A stretch of DNA of 58,612 bases from a virus (lineage: Duplodnaviria; Heunggongvirae; Uroviricota; Caudoviricetes), in the IMG/VR virus record IMGVR_UViG_3300035670_000048, positions 64,001-122,612 of that record; one strand, written 5' to 3'. Below, in pieces: positions 1-10,431 of the stretch. Under the pieces are notes generated by a model. It searched no databases. It saw only the letters and a list, made by a program, of their open reading frames with translations, and was not told the origin of the DNA. Both the position numbers and the translations under genes were made by a program. Numbering within the stretch: the first letter of the stretch is position 1; each line of letters begins with the position of its first letter.

Positions 1-643
1 TTAGCGTAGCAGTCATTGTATCGTTGTTTGTAACAAAGTACAATGATTTGTATCCTTTATCGATTTGAATACCTTCTACAATCTCTAATGATGTATCTCC
101 AGTACGTGATTCTTCTACTGTAACGATACCATCTACACCTACTGATTTCATTGCTTCAGAAATTAATGAACCAATCTCATCATCTCCATTAGCTGAAATA
201 ACTGCTACTTGCTTGATTTGATCGTCTGAAGTGATATCTTTAGATACACGTTTGATTTCAGCTACCACATCTTTAGTTGCTTGCTCAATGCCACGTTTTA
301 CTTCTACTGCATTTGATCCAGCTTTGATTGCGTTGAATCCATCTGAAATCATAGTTGATGCAAGTAATGTTGTTGTGGTAGTACCATCACCTGCTAAATC
401 AGCTGTTTTAATTGCTGCTTGCTTTAGAATCTGAGCACCAATGTTTTCGATTGGATTCTCTAATTCGATTGATTTAGCAACTGTAACACCGTCTTTAGTT
501 GATACTGGATTATCACCTTCATTGTCGATGATTACGTTACGGCCGTTTGGTCCTAATGTACACGTTACTGCGTCTGATAATTTGACGATACCCTTTAATA
601 ATTTGGTTTTTGCGTCTTGATTAAATACTATTTGCTTACTCAT
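1..643 (-). CDS. groEL: Chaperonin GroEL, N-terminal part (runs off the window start)
   Basis: Manual translation from ATG at 643: MSKQIVFNQDAKTKLLKGIVKLSDAVTCTLGPNGRNVIID...STKDGVTVAKSIEL...AGDGTTTTT. These are GroEL signatures. Start overlaps the groES stop. Not in the ORF track because it is open-ended. Confidence 0.97.
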   Translation of the reverse strand, partial: MSKQIVFNQDAKTKLLKGIVKLSDAVTCTLGPNGRNVIIDNEGDNPVSTKDGVTVAKSIELENPIENIGAQILKQAAIKTADLAGDGTTTTTLLASTMISDGFNAIKAGSNAVEVKRGIEQATKDVVAEIKRVSKDITSDDQIKQVAVISANGDDEIGSLISEAMKSVGVDGIVTVEESRTGDTSLEIVEGIQIDKGYKSLYFVTNNDTMTATL

Positions 644-935
644 TGTCTTCTGTTTCGATTAATGCTAAAACGTTATTTTCTCCTGTAACAAGGTATTCTA
701 CCCCATCATACTCTACTCTTACTGGTCCGATTTTAGGTAAGATTACTTTATCACCTACTTTAAATGTTGGTGGAATTAAATTACCTTCACCATTTCTGCG
801 TCCAGGTCCTACTCCAATGATAGTTCCTACGTGAGGCATTTCCTTGCCCATATCAGGCACTACGATTGATCCGTAGAATTTTTCGCTTGAGTCTTCGTTT
901 TTTACTACGATGTTGTCAAATACTGCTTTGATCAT
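636..935 (-). CDS. groES: Co-chaperonin GroES
   Basis: GSIVVPD, GTIIGVGPG, KVGDKVI motifs; 99 aa; directly upstream of groEL. Confidence 0.95.
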   Translation of the reverse strand: MIKAVFDNIVVKNEDSSEKFYGSIVVPDMGKEMPHVGTIIGVGPGRRNGEGNLIPPTFKVGDKVILPKIGPVRVEYDGVEYLVTGENNVLALIETEDNE

Positions 936-1228
936 ATTTCTAATAAGTTTTTAATGTTTTCTTTAGTTTCTTTATACTCATTCATAAATTCACTTAACGA
1001 GTAGGTATTGCGTTTGCTCGCTACTTTAAACTGAATCACTTTATTGATTGCACTTCCTAAATTAGTGAAGCTACCACAGAACCCGTTTGTGGGTTTTGTT
1101 GAATCTACAACTGTATAGCTATATTCATCAATTTGAATCTCGTATGGAGTTAATAACTCATCCGAAATGATTGATTGTGATTTGGTTTGACCCTTTACGC
1201 GGCCGAATGATTTTTTTTCTTCTGACAT
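932..1228 (-). CDS. Hypothetical protein
   Basis: 98 aa ORF, AAATAAAAGTTATG start context, 4-nt overlap with groES. Confidence 0.75.
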   Translation of the reverse strand: MSEEKKSFGRVKGQTKSQSIISDELLTPYEIQIDEYSYTVVDSTKPTNGFCGSFTNLGSAINKVIQFKVASKRNTYSLSEFMNEYKETKENIKNLLEI

Positions 1229-1261
1229 AACTTTTATTTTCGTTTACCGTAAAATTAATTA

Positions 1262-1286
1262 AGAAAAGGACGGGAACCACGTCCTT
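1262..1286 (-). terminator. Putative intrinsic terminator after Hsp20
   Basis: AAGGACG-7nt-CGTCCTT followed by TTCTT on the minus strand. Confidence 0.6.
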
Positions 1287-1291
1287 CTAAT

Positions 1292-1768
1292 TTATTTAAG
1301 TAATTTTTTCTTAGATGTAGATGAGATTTCTACGCGCTTAGATATTTTAGGTTCAGGTGTCTTCTTAACGATTTCGATATTTAAGATGCCTTCATTAAAT
1401 TCAGCTGATACGCTTTCCATATCGAATTTATCTCCGAATGTGAATGAACGTTTGAATGATGAGTGCTTTAATTCTTTGATTAAATAAATTCCTTTTTCAT
1501 CACTTTTAACTTGTGAATCACCTGAAATAGTCATAACATATTCATCGATATCGATTGCGATATCGTCTTTAGTTAGTCCAGCAATTTCTGCTACGATTCT
1601 AACTTTATCATCAAACTCGATAACATTAACTTTAGGATATGATCCTTGAGTAAATGATAGTCCGGTTTCTTTTTGTAATTCTGGGAATTGTTTTCTGAGT
1701 AATTCGTCAAATACTTTGTCGAATGTAGAAACAGAGTTGTTTCTCTCGTTTAGGAGTGTTAAATACAT
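1292..1768 (-). CDS. Small heat-shock protein, Hsp20/alpha-crystallin family
   Basis: AEIAGLTKDDIAIDI, FKRSFTF, AEFNEGILNIEIVK alpha-crystallin motifs. Confidence 0.93.
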   Translation of the reverse strand: MYLTLLNERNNSVSTFDKVFDELLRKQFPELQKETGLSFTQGSYPKVNVIEFDDKVRIVAEIAGLTKDDIAIDIDEYVMTISGDSQVKSDEKGIYLIKELKHSSFKRSFTFGDKFDMESVSAEFNEGILNIEIVKKTPEPKISKRVEISSTSKKKLLK

Positions 1769-1857
1769 GGTTTTTAAATTTTAAAGTTATTAAATTAATC
1801 AACTTTTAACGTCATACTCCAATTGGACCTATGACGGGTTCCATAATATAAATATAG

Positions 1858-2574
1858 CTAGTTTACAGAAGCCATAATAAAGTATTGAGATACTGCATCT
1901 CCTTCTGTAAACATTAAATGCATTAATCCACCTCCATTAACTTTCATTTCAGCAACATCAAAGTTTTTATTAGCAACTAATATCTCTCTTAGCACATCTG
2001 ATGGAAACAATAATGGAATAAATGGCATTCCTTCCGTTTTAGCTGGAATTTCGAATTCTAGCTTATTGGCATATCCTGATGGATCACCTAATATAATGCG
2101 TGCTGATTCGTTTTGTGGCTCTAAGGTAAATGTTTTTACATCCGATCCAAGTGCTTTCTTACAATCAACGAATCGAGTAACGAAATCAGACTCCATAGCA
2201 TATACTAGATCGTAATTTACATCAATTACGTTTGGCGTTTTAGGAATTAATGATATGTCCGATACTGAAAACATCATTTTGTATTGGTTATCTTCAATCA
2301 ATAACTTCTCTACAATGTTGTACGTTTCCTTATACTGAATATCAATATTAGTATCTAGAATATTTAGTAATTTTAGCAATGGTGATGTTTCGAATATACC
2401 AAACTCGGCATTAGGTAATTCGATTGGTAGAGTAACTTCACCTACTACATCACGATTAGTAGTAGAGAATGGAATGTTTAGTACATTATTTTTGACATTG
2501 AACTTAACTGCTTCAGTTAGTCCGTTTAGATAATATTTTTCAATACTATCTACTAATTTACGTTTATCGATCAT
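1858..2574 (-). CDS. Probable DNA polymerase sliding clamp (T4 gp45-like)
   Basis: 238 aa with a beta-rich pattern (AEFGIFETSPLLKLL), near PolB; family inferred from size, pattern and context. Confidence 0.7.
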   Translation of the reverse strand: MIDKRKLVDSIEKYYLNGLTEAVKFNVKNNVLNIPFSTTNRDVVGEVTLPIELPNAEFGIFETSPLLKLLNILDTNIDIQYKETYNIVEKLLIEDNQYKMMFSVSDISLIPKTPNVIDVNYDLVYAMESDFVTRFVDCKKALGSDVKTFTLEPQNESARIILGDPSGYANKLEFEIPAKTEGMPFIPLLFPSDVLREILVANKNFDVAEMKVNGGGLMHLMFTEGDAVSQYFIMASVN

Positions 2575-2597
2575 AATATGAATTTAATGAAGAAATT

Positions 2598-3260
2598 TTA
2601 AATAACGAAGCTCTTTTCATGTCCTACAATTACTTCAGGATCGATCCAAATGTCATAACCCTTTTCTTTAATCATATGACAGAACGCTACGTCCTCCATA
2701 GTAAAATCTCTAATGATTTTACCATCGATTTCATATTCTTTCCATATAGGTTGAAACCACGGATATTGAAGTGATTCCACTACGCCTTTTTTCATTAGTA
2801 TCCATCCAAATCCAGTATAATCAACTACGAATGGTGCTTTCTTTGCTTTGACTAGTTCGCGATTCAGGAACTGAAAGTGACCGTTCTTCTTGAAGAAGTC
2901 ATTATCCCAATGCTCTACTGTAGCATAATGAGTATTGTCTGCCATCATGTATAGACCCGAAATAATGTCTTTATCTGCATCAAGTAAGCGAGTTAAGTGT
3001 GATGGATTAAATACTACGTCTGAATCAATCCACATTATGTAATCGTAATCGACTTGGCCCTGGAATGGTTTCTGATCAACTCCAGCTAAGTTATTTCCAC
3101 CTAAGCACATATTACGAACGTAATATAGTAAAGGCGAGTATGCATTACTCAGTAATGGTTGAATGTTATTTCGAGTACACCATAGAAGTATTTCACTCCA
3201 TGATTGTAAGAAATTGTTTGAGAACTCTCTGCCAGGTAAACAGAATACTATTTTTTTCAT
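2598..3260 (-). CDS. GT-A fold glycosyltransferase-like protein
   Basis: YIMWIDSDVVF (DxD), TGFGWILMK, EDVAFC, GHEK. Likely start is MKKIVF at 3260, not 3323. Confidence 0.75.
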   Translation of the reverse strand: MKKIVFCLPGREFSNNFLQSWSEILLWCTRNNIQPLLSNAYSPLLYYVRNMCLGGNNLAGVDQKPFQGQVDYDYIMWIDSDVVFNPSHLTRLLDADKDIISGLYMMADNTHYATVEHWDNDFFKKNGHFQFLNRELVKAKKAPFVVDYTGFGWILMKKGVVESLQYPWFQPIWKEYEIDGKIIRDFTMEDVAFCHMIKEKGYDIWIDPEVIVGHEKSFVI

Positions 3261-3264
3261 TGTA

Positions 3265-5907
3265 TTAATTAAATGTAAAGAATTTATTAAAGTTAGCGTT
3301 GAATATAGGCATACCCCATCCAATATCGGAATATAGTCCTTCGATTTTATTTTTCATTACTGAATCAAATAATAATCCTCTATCGATATATTTTTCAATA
3401 AAGTCGATAATTTCTTTAGGGTCATTATAGCCGTTAAATCCGATACAATCGATTTTAAATGGATTATCTTTTAGGTATGCAATCAGCATTTTATCACCAA
3501 TCTGGAATTTAGAGTATTGCTTATCTAATCCTTTAAATTGCAATAAATCATTATAGCGAATAGCTGCTTTAGTATTGATCGGACATTTTAGTTTTAATTT
3601 ACTAAATATTTCACCGTTTCTAGGACGCGAATCAACATATGATCCTAATTGTTTTAGGCCAGTCGGTTTCAGTAGCTGACGCCAATCGATTGTATTTACT
3701 TTGGTTTTAAATTCAAGTATTTGCTTATCGATATCTTGTTTTTGCTTTCCGAACATAATTTGGTTTAGAATCGACTCGCCAAATTCCCTAAATAATGGTG
3801 GGAAATTAGATTTCATTAGATCCAATCCTTTCATGTCTAGCTCCTCAACAGTAACGCCCTCCTTATTTACAATATACATTGCGTAACGACGTTTGCCCGA
3901 AAAGTACCCCCGTTCAATTACCACTTCCTGCTTTAATTCAAAGTAGTGAGGTCGATCATGTAGATTAAATAAATCAACTACTAGTGTATTTAGGTGATTA
4001 TTTGCTAGTGCTTGTATTTCGGTTGCAATCTCTAATGTAGCTGCGATACATGCTGCTTTATCTGTTAAATCAATACCTTTAGCACGTAGTAAATCCTTAA
4101 CGTGAATGAATAATGAGTCAGTATCTGAAGTAACGATATAATCTTTATTTGTAGTACCTAATTTTTCATTCATTACTTTATTACAGAATATAATCGATTC
4201 CTGAGTTAATCGTTGTCCTGTTAAAGTAATAGCTTTGGATATCATTTTATGGCCATCAGTGTAGCGCCACGAATTTAAAGCAAATACACCATAAACGTCA
4301 TTTAATTTAATTTTATATGCGTGTTGGCGTCGGTTATAAAATTCACCCATAGCAGGATCATTATCTACCTTATATGCTTTTTTCATTAGATTCTTATACT
4401 CGACACGTTTATTAAACCAGTCAGTTAGAATTTCACACACGACTGATTGTTTATTTTTATCAAATATCACACCTGGAGCTGATATAATTAGGTTATTGTT
4501 TTTAACAAAATTATACATAATACCTGCTGTGGTATCTGTTAGCTTTAATGTTTTATCTGGTAGTAGCTTTTCAACTGTAATTTTAGTATCTGGATCCATG
4601 TTTTTTAATTCATCCAAAGACCACTGATTATCAGTTTTGTGCTTATTTACAATGCGACCTACTAATGTTTCGATACCGATGTTTAAAGAACGAATAATTG
4701 ATGGATATAGTGATGTAAAGTCTAAGTCAATCACCCACTCGTATAATCCTGGTTCTGGATCCTTTAAATAGCCACCAGCATATTCAGATAATTCGATTAC
4801 TTCCTCGTATTGTTCTTTAGTAATACGTCCTGCTTTGTAATCGATTTCGGCTTTCTTACGTGATAAGCCAGCTAGCTGAGGATTAGATGTAGTAGGTTTA
4901 TTAGGCGATACTACATTCTTACGTTTTAGATAAGTTAAGATAGCGCCATCATTTAGAGCAGTTGAGTAGTAGATGTTATCATAAGTAGTATGACATAAGT
5001 GACCAACAGTAACTGTTAGATCGATAAATTTCATCTTCTCCTCTAACTTAACTAAAATTTCAACGTCGCGAATGTTATACTCGATAAATTTCTGTACGTC
5101 TTCCTTAAATAATTTATCTAATGATCCGTAATACTCAATTTTACCTAATTTAACGTATTTGGTTCCGATATTGCCTAACGCATATGACGGCTCTTGCTTA
5201 GTTACATATTTTTTAAATAGTAACATATAATCTAGGTGATTAATACCTGCAATTTTAATTACTTGATCACCTTCATATTCGGTAATTGCTACTTTTCTAA
5301 TCGGAGATAAGCGGTCAGCTTGCGATTTACCTAGCACTTTGGCAATTCTGTTGTACGTGTAAGGCACGTCGAAGAATTCGCTATTCCACCCCGAAATTAT
5401 CGTTGGATCCATTTGCTCCCACTTGTCGAGGAACATCTGCAATAGCACTTTTTCATTAACACATGAGATAACAAATGTACCGTCCTTTTCAGAATTTGTG
5501 AGTAATTGATCTTCATCTAGAATATAGCAATAATATTGCTTTAACGTATTATCATATAAAGCAATTGATGTAATTTTAGTTGGAGCATTAGCTACTGTTT
5601 GTGGCGTTAATGCACCTGCAATCTCGCACTCAATATCAAAGAATACTGTGTTGTGGTATTCTGGTGTATCGTCTGATTCTGAGTATAGATCAACTAGTAC
5701 TCGAGTGTGTTTGTCAACGTCTGTTTCGAAGCAATCACTTGAGTATGTTTTAGTTGGTGATACTTTATCGCCGAATAATGTTTGGAATTGACCTTGCGAG
5801 TCGGGTTTATAAAATGTGGGTTGGTACTCGAATGAGTTCCAACCCAATTTATCATCACGTAAGTGATATTTCTTTTCTCTAGAATCGTAATAGATTGATT
5901 GATACAT
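3265..5907 (-). CDS. Family B DNA polymerase with 3'-5' exonuclease domain
   Basis: FFDIEC (ExoI), DLDFTSLYPSII (motif A), KIKLNDVYG (motif B), SDTDSLF (motif C), KKRYA-like KRRYA. Confidence 0.97.
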   Translation of the reverse strand: MYQSIYYDSREKKYHLRDDKLGWNSFEYQPTFYKPDSQGQFQTLFGDKVSPTKTYSSDCFETDVDKHTRVLVDLYSESDDTPEYHNTVFFDIECEIAGALTPQTVANAPTKITSIALYDNTLKQYYCYILDEDQLLTNSEKDGTFVISCVNEKVLLQMFLDKWEQMDPTIISGWNSEFFDVPYTYNRIAKVLGKSQADRLSPIRKVAITEYEGDQVIKIAGINHLDYMLLFKKYVTKQEPSYALGNIGTKYVKLGKIEYYGSLDKLFKEDVQKFIEYNIRDVEILVKLEEKMKFIDLTVTVGHLCHTTYDNIYYSTALNDGAILTYLKRKNVVSPNKPTTSNPQLAGLSRKKAEIDYKAGRITKEQYEEVIELSEYAGGYLKDPEPGLYEWVIDLDFTSLYPSIIRSLNIGIETLVGRIVNKHKTDNQWSLDELKNMDPDTKITVEKLLPDKTLKLTDTTAGIMYNFVKNNNLIISAPGVIFDKNKQSVVCEILTDWFNKRVEYKNLMKKAYKVDNDPAMGEFYNRRQHAYKIKLNDVYGVFALNSWRYTDGHKMISKAITLTGQRLTQESIIFCNKVMNEKLGTTNKDYIVTSDTDSLFIHVKDLLRAKGIDLTDKAACIAATLEIATEIQALANNHLNTLVVDLFNLHDRPHYFELKQEVVIERGYFSGKRRYAMYIVNKEGVTVEELDMKGLDLMKSNFPPLFREFGESILNQIMFGKQKQDIDKQILEFKTKVNTIDWRQLLKPTGLKQLGSYVDSRPRNGEIFSKLKLKCPINTKAAIRYNDLLQFKGLDKQYSKFQIGDKMLIAYLKDNPFKIDCIGFNGYNDPKEIIDFIEKYIDRGLLFDSVMKNKIEGLYSDIGWGMPIFNANFNKFFTFN

Positions 5908-5931
5908 ATAACCTTTTTGTTGTAAACATAA

Positions 5932-6954
5932 TTAAGAAAACATTTGAGATTGAATCCATTTATATGTTTTTTCCAAGCCAACTTCTAGAGGTTGGGACGG
6001 AGCCCATCCTAACTTTTCCTTAATTAATGCATTATCAGACGTTCTGCCTCTAACACCAGTAGGTCCTGAAATATTTTTGATTCCTGCTCGTTTGCCTGCT
6101 AATTTAATTACTAGTTTAGTTAGGTTATTAATAGAAATCATTTGATCGGATCCGATATTGACTGGACCTGTAAAATCTGATTCCATTAATTTACGAATAC
6201 CATCTAAACATTCATCAATATATAGGAATGAACGTGTTTGTTCGCCATCACCCCATACTTCGATTTCTTCATCCATTAATGAATCTGCTACTTTACGGCA
6301 TATTGCTGCTGGTGCTTTTTCTTTTCCACCAATCCAAGTTCCTTCTGGTCCAAATATATTATGGAAACGAGCAATTCGAACGTTTAATCCGTAATTACGA
6401 GCATATGCTAGATACAATCGCTCTGAGAATAATTTTTCCCATCCGTATTCTGAATCTGGATTAGCTGGGTATGCAGATGACTCTTCGCAGTTTGGATTTT
6501 CAGGGTCTAACTGATTGTGTTCAGGATACATACAAGCAGAAGACGAGTAGAATACCTTTTTAACTTTATTTTTAGCACATTCATTAACAACATTTAAATT
6601 AATTGTTGCAGAATTATGCATTACATTCGCATCGTTATCGCCTGTAAAAATATAACCAGCACCTCCCATGTCTGCAGCTAATTGATATACTTCGTCAAAT
6701 GCCATTTCTTCTGAGAATGGATGCTTAAAGTACTCACATGGTAATGGTAATCCATTTCTACCTTCTAATCTTACTACTGCTTCAACATGACGTGGATCTC
6801 TTAAATCATATCTTAGAAAATCATCTGCTTCTGATTTACCATATTCTGGGTATTTTAAATCAACTCCACGTACCCAATATCCTTCTGATTTTAATCTTTT
6901 AACTAGATGATTCCCAATAAAACCTCCAGCTCCTAATACTAATGCTGTTTTCAT
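5932..6954 (-). CDS. NAD-dependent epimerase, GDP-mannose 3',5'-epimerase-like
   Basis: GAGGFIG, LAADMGG, SSACMYP, YGWEK, RFHNIFGPEGTW, GKEKAPAAICRK match the GME family. Confidence 0.9.
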   Translation of the reverse strand: MKTALVLGAGGFIGNHLVKRLKSEGYWVRGVDLKYPEYGKSEADDFLRYDLRDPRHVEAVVRLEGRNGLPLPCEYFKHPFSEEMAFDEVYQLAADMGGAGYIFTGDNDANVMHNSATINLNVVNECAKNKVKKVFYSSSACMYPEHNQLDPENPNCEESSAYPANPDSEYGWEKLFSERLYLAYARNYGLNVRIARFHNIFGPEGTWIGGKEKAPAAICRKVADSLMDEEIEVWGDGEQTRSFLYIDECLDGIRKLMESDFTGPVNIGSDQMISINNLTKLVIKLAGKRAGIKNISGPTGVRGRTSDNALIKEKLGWAPSQPLEVGLEKTYKWIQSQMFS

Positions 6955-6956
6955 AT

Positions 6957-7733
6957 TTATATCATTTTTTTAAAGTAAGGGCAATATATATCTTTAGTAT
7001 CGAAATGAAAGTAAGCAGGACCAAACCACATTGATGGAGATATAACTACTTTATCTGCTTTATTATTTAACCAAGCACCCCACCAACTGAATGTACTGTT
7101 TGCTATAATATTATGATTACATAAAGATTGAATACACATATCTACTGGAGATATCTTGTTTGTAAATACTATATTATCTTGTTGGAAATTTTCTTTACAC
7201 CATTCAATATCATCCGAACTTACAATGAATATAGTGTCATTACCATCGAATTCACTCATTGCTTTTTTATAATAAGACAACGGAATGATTGGATGATGAT
7301 TTTGGACTGCTAAGTAATCTGTTCGTCTAATATGAACTGATACTAATTGTTTATTTTGGTAAGGTAATAAAAATTCTTTTGCTTCCTGAATATATTGATC
7401 TTTAAATGTAAAATGATCTCTAATTAAGTCTTCGCAATGCATGAAATATTTTTCGGTTTGGAAATAACCTTCAAAATTAGTACGATCTGATACGTTAAAT
7501 ACTTTTCTATCAAAATGAAAGAATTGTTCATGATATGTTTCAGTATTAATATCACGTTCATTAAAGAAATGGATATCCTTAATTGAAAAATATTTAAATA
7601 CATCTACTTGATCTTTTCCTTCAGGAAATATTATATCATAATTAGTTTTAGCTTTTATACCTGCTAATAAGGCGTATTGAAACATTTGATTACCTAAGCG
7701 ACCATGTTCTCCAATTTTTCTAAAGGTTATCAT
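6957..7733 (-). CDS. Alpha-1,2-fucosyltransferase-like (GT11)
   Basis: GRLGNQMFQYA, GYFQTEKYF, VSVHIRRTDY, IIANSTFSWWGAWL. Confidence 0.93.
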   Translation of the reverse strand: MITFRKIGEHGRLGNQMFQYALLAGIKAKTNYDIIFPEGKDQVDVFKYFSIKDIHFFNERDINTETYHEQFFHFDRKVFNVSDRTNFEGYFQTEKYFMHCEDLIRDHFTFKDQYIQEAKEFLLPYQNKQLVSVHIRRTDYLAVQNHHPIIPLSYYKKAMSEFDGNDTIFIVSSDDIEWCKENFQQDNIVFTNKISPVDMCIQSLCNHNIIANSTFSWWGAWLNNKADKVVISPSMWFGPAYFHFDTKDIYCPYFKKMI

Positions 7734-9178
7734 TTAAATATATTTAGGGTGTTTTTGTATGAGTCTTTAATTACATCTTCATAGTTTACTTCTTTACCTT
7801 CAATGTCTGAAAATGATGATTTTTGTGTTGCTATTATAGGTAATACTGTATATGTTGTATAACGTTTATCTCGACAGATATCTAAATAAAATTGATCAGT
7901 AATTAAGTATTGATTCCAATTATAATTTAATATAGTATCATAAAAGTGTTTATTAACTACATAAGCATGATTACAGAATGCTGCTGTTAATTCTCCAACG
8001 TGTCCGCTTATTTGCTTGATAGTATCCATTGAATTAGCACCTAAATATAATACATCCCATCTAGGTAAATCTTTTAATTCAAGTAATGCTTGTTCTAGTA
8101 TATAAGGAGCATTATCTACGAATTTAACATCATCTTCTAAAATCAATACATTATCCCAATTATTATCTTTAGCTAATTGTACAGCACCTAAATGCGATTT
8201 TGAAGCACCAACTCTAGATGGAGCTAATTTTAGACTATGTTCATCTAAATCAGTACGATTACCCATACACTTTAGTGCTTCATCTAAATCAACTTTAAAA
8301 GCATTAAAGTGTTGAGCATTGATATTGAATTTAGCTAATTCGTCTTCGATTTCTTTTTTGCGATCTGTTCGTTCTTCTAAGTTTAAATAAACGATATTTT
8401 TAAAGTAATCGAATGATGGATTTTTTGTTAATATATCTGTAAATTCATATCTATATTCGTCTAATATAGTATTTGGAGAATACCCTTGAGATTTGCTTAC
8501 ATCAATTCTTTCACCCATCAAATACCTAGTACATAGAGCATAAGTTCCATATTCTATAATATCATCAGTTGAATAATTATCAACTCCAGATTCTGAATTG
8601 ACGCTATTAATAAAACATGGTGCTAATGGGAAGAAATATGTTTTTTGAGTATTAACGTCTTTATCATTAGCTAGAAATATCTTTCCAATACATGGATGAA
8701 TTAATGGAGCTGTTTCAAATGCTTCATTATTATTTTCTATATAATATAATTTATTATCTTGTTTCCATTTATGAGCATCGTATCTATATGTATTGTTTGT
8801 ATTTTTTTGTCTGTTTATTCCTTTAAATAAATCTAAAACACTATTATCGAAATCAATTGATCCAATTTCATATAGATCTAAAGGTAAAGTAAATAAAACA
8901 TTATCCGTTAGAAATAAATTTAATTCATCTTTAATAAAATACTCATGGATGTTAAATGTACTATCAAATTCTATATTTTTAAATTCGATATGTTCGTAGC
9001 TTGATTTTAATTTTCTATATGCATTTGGATTAAAAAAGTGATCATCATCTTTATCATTGTATAAAACTTTGATAGTTAATGGATAATACTTTTTAATGTT
9101 TAAAAATAAACTATCAATTAACGACTGGAATTGTAGAGATCGATTCTTTGATAATACAGTTATATATAGTTTTCTCAT
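7730..9178 (-). CDS. Two-domain protein: degenerate N-terminal GT-like domain plus C-terminal GT25 glycosyltransferase
   Basis: C-terminal half: YLNLEERTDRK, GASKSH, VLILEDDV, HAYVV. N-terminal half resembles a decayed GT-A domain (SKNRSLQ...L). Confidence 0.8.
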   Translation of the reverse strand: MRKLYITVLSKNRSLQFQSLIDSLFLNIKKYYPLTIKVLYNDKDDDHFFNPNAYRKLKSSYEHIEFKNIEFDSTFNIHEYFIKDELNLFLTDNVLFTLPLDLYEIGSIDFDNSVLDLFKGINRQKNTNNTYRYDAHKWKQDNKLYYIENNNEAFETAPLIHPCIGKIFLANDKDVNTQKTYFFPLAPCFINSVNSESGVDNYSTDDIIEYGTYALCTRYLMGERIDVSKSQGYSPNTILDEYRYEFTDILTKNPSFDYFKNIVYLNLEERTDRKKEIEDELAKFNINAQHFNAFKVDLDEALKCMGNRTDLDEHSLKLAPSRVGASKSHLGAVQLAKDNNWDNVLILEDDVKFVDNAPYILEQALLELKDLPRWDVLYLGANSMDTIKQISGHVGELTAAFCNHAYVVNKHFYDTILNYNWNQYLITDQFYLDICRDKRYTTYTVLPIIATQKSSFSDIEGKEVNYEDVIKDSYKNTLNIFK

Positions 9179-10431
9179 AGTACGTTTTCAATTTTATTAC
9201 ACCATCCATGTTCTTTAGAATATGGCCATACAATATACTTATAAGGTGTTGGCCCATAATATTCTCTCCATATTTTACAATATCCTTCAGGATCGCTCTT
9301 TAATCGTTGAATTTCTTCTGGATCGGCATCTCTTCTATGTAATGAATTACCATCTTTATCTTCAAATATTACAGCCCAAAATTCATAGTCATTATAAGGT
9401 ACGCTATCGTATCCTAAGTCAATACAGTGTTTGAATCGTTGTAGGAAAGACGCTTCGTATTCTTGTGGATCTCTGATAATTGGATTTGGAGCAATCTTAT
9501 TATCTAAAGTATATTGTTGTGCTGCACGTTTTTTAAATGAAATGCCAGCGTATGCTTCATAATCTTGCAATGAGCGCTCAGTACCAAAATAGTATTTACC
9601 TAAGCTTTCTTTCATACATGGAGAACATTCTCCATCCATTCCAAATAATGCTCTATTTCTAGCATGTGATGCATTATTTCTAGCTACCCAATCAGGATCA
9701 TCATCCCATTGCTTAGTTCTACCTTTACGAGTGTATTCATGCCAAGCAACTACTTTATGAGGATGGAATAAATCATACCCCCAAGTATATGCTCTAACGG
9801 CAATTGAGATTTCCTCACCGTGGAAATAATAATTTGGATCGTGTTGTACTTCAACTGAGAATTGACCTAAAGTAAAGCAAAAATGGGCTGAATAAAATCT
9901 AGATGGGATAGGTTCTGTTCTAGTTTGCCAGTTTGGGATACTTGATGGAAGAAAGAATATAGCACCTTCAGGAATAAATCTATCAAAAGTCATCCACCAA
10001 GGTTCTAAAACACGCCCTTCAGGATCATTATCTGGATCAAATGAAGATATGTATGATGTTAATAATGGTTTTTTATGTCCCTTATCTTGTAATTGTTTAA
10101 TCATATTAATACATTCTTCATCCCAATTTTTAATAAATCGGTGATGTGAATCTATCTGTAATGTATATTCTTCTCCATCATACTTTTGTTGAATTTGGTT
10201 TCTAGCCCAACAAGCCCCAGTTGCTTCTTTATATGGAATATCTAATATTTTGAAGCGACTATCATCACGGTATTTATCTAAATCTTTAGAAAATACATCA
10301 TCATCACTAAATTGATGGGCAATACAGAATACTAAATTTTCAGGATATTTTGCATTATTAATAGCATCTTCAACTGTTAGAATTAATTGTGGATCCCTAT
10401 ATGATGCTATTTGAATGAATATTTTGCTCAT
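9175..10431 (-). CDS. GT60-like (Skp1-hydroxyproline GlcNAc-transferase family) glycosyltransferase
   Basis: IFIQIASYRDP, GACWAR, LQIDSHHRF, FHGEEISIAVRAYTWGYD. Confidence 0.88.
   Translation of the reverse strand: MSKIFIQIASYRDPQLILTVEDAINNAKYPENLVFCIAHQFSDDDVFSKDLDKYRDDSRFKILDIPYKEATGACWARNQIQQKYDGEEYTLQIDSHHRFIKNWDEECINMIKQLQDKGHKKPLLTSYISSFDPDNDPEGRVLEPWWMTFDRFIPEGAIFFLPSSIPNWQTRTEPIPSRFYSAHFCFTLGQFSVEVQHDPNYYFHGEEISIAVRAYTWGYDLFHPHKVVAWHEYTRKGRTKQWDDDPDWVARNNASHARNRALFGMDGECSPCMKESLGKYYFGTERSLQDYEAYAGISFKKRAAQQYTLDNKIAPNPIIRDPQEYEASFLQRFKHCIDLGYDSVPYNDYEFWAVIFEDKDGNSLHRRDADPEEIQRLKSDPEGYCKIWREYYGPTPYKYIVWPYSKEHGWCNKIENVL

Noticed and set aside
231-434. Plus-strand 67-aa ORF and the many similar short antisense ORFs
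   Set aside because: Antisense to well-supported genes (here groEL), with no start context or motifs.
1810-1836. CIRCE heat-shock operator upstream of Hsp20/groESL
   Set aside because: The inverted repeat does not match TTAGCACTC-N9-GAGTGCTAA.
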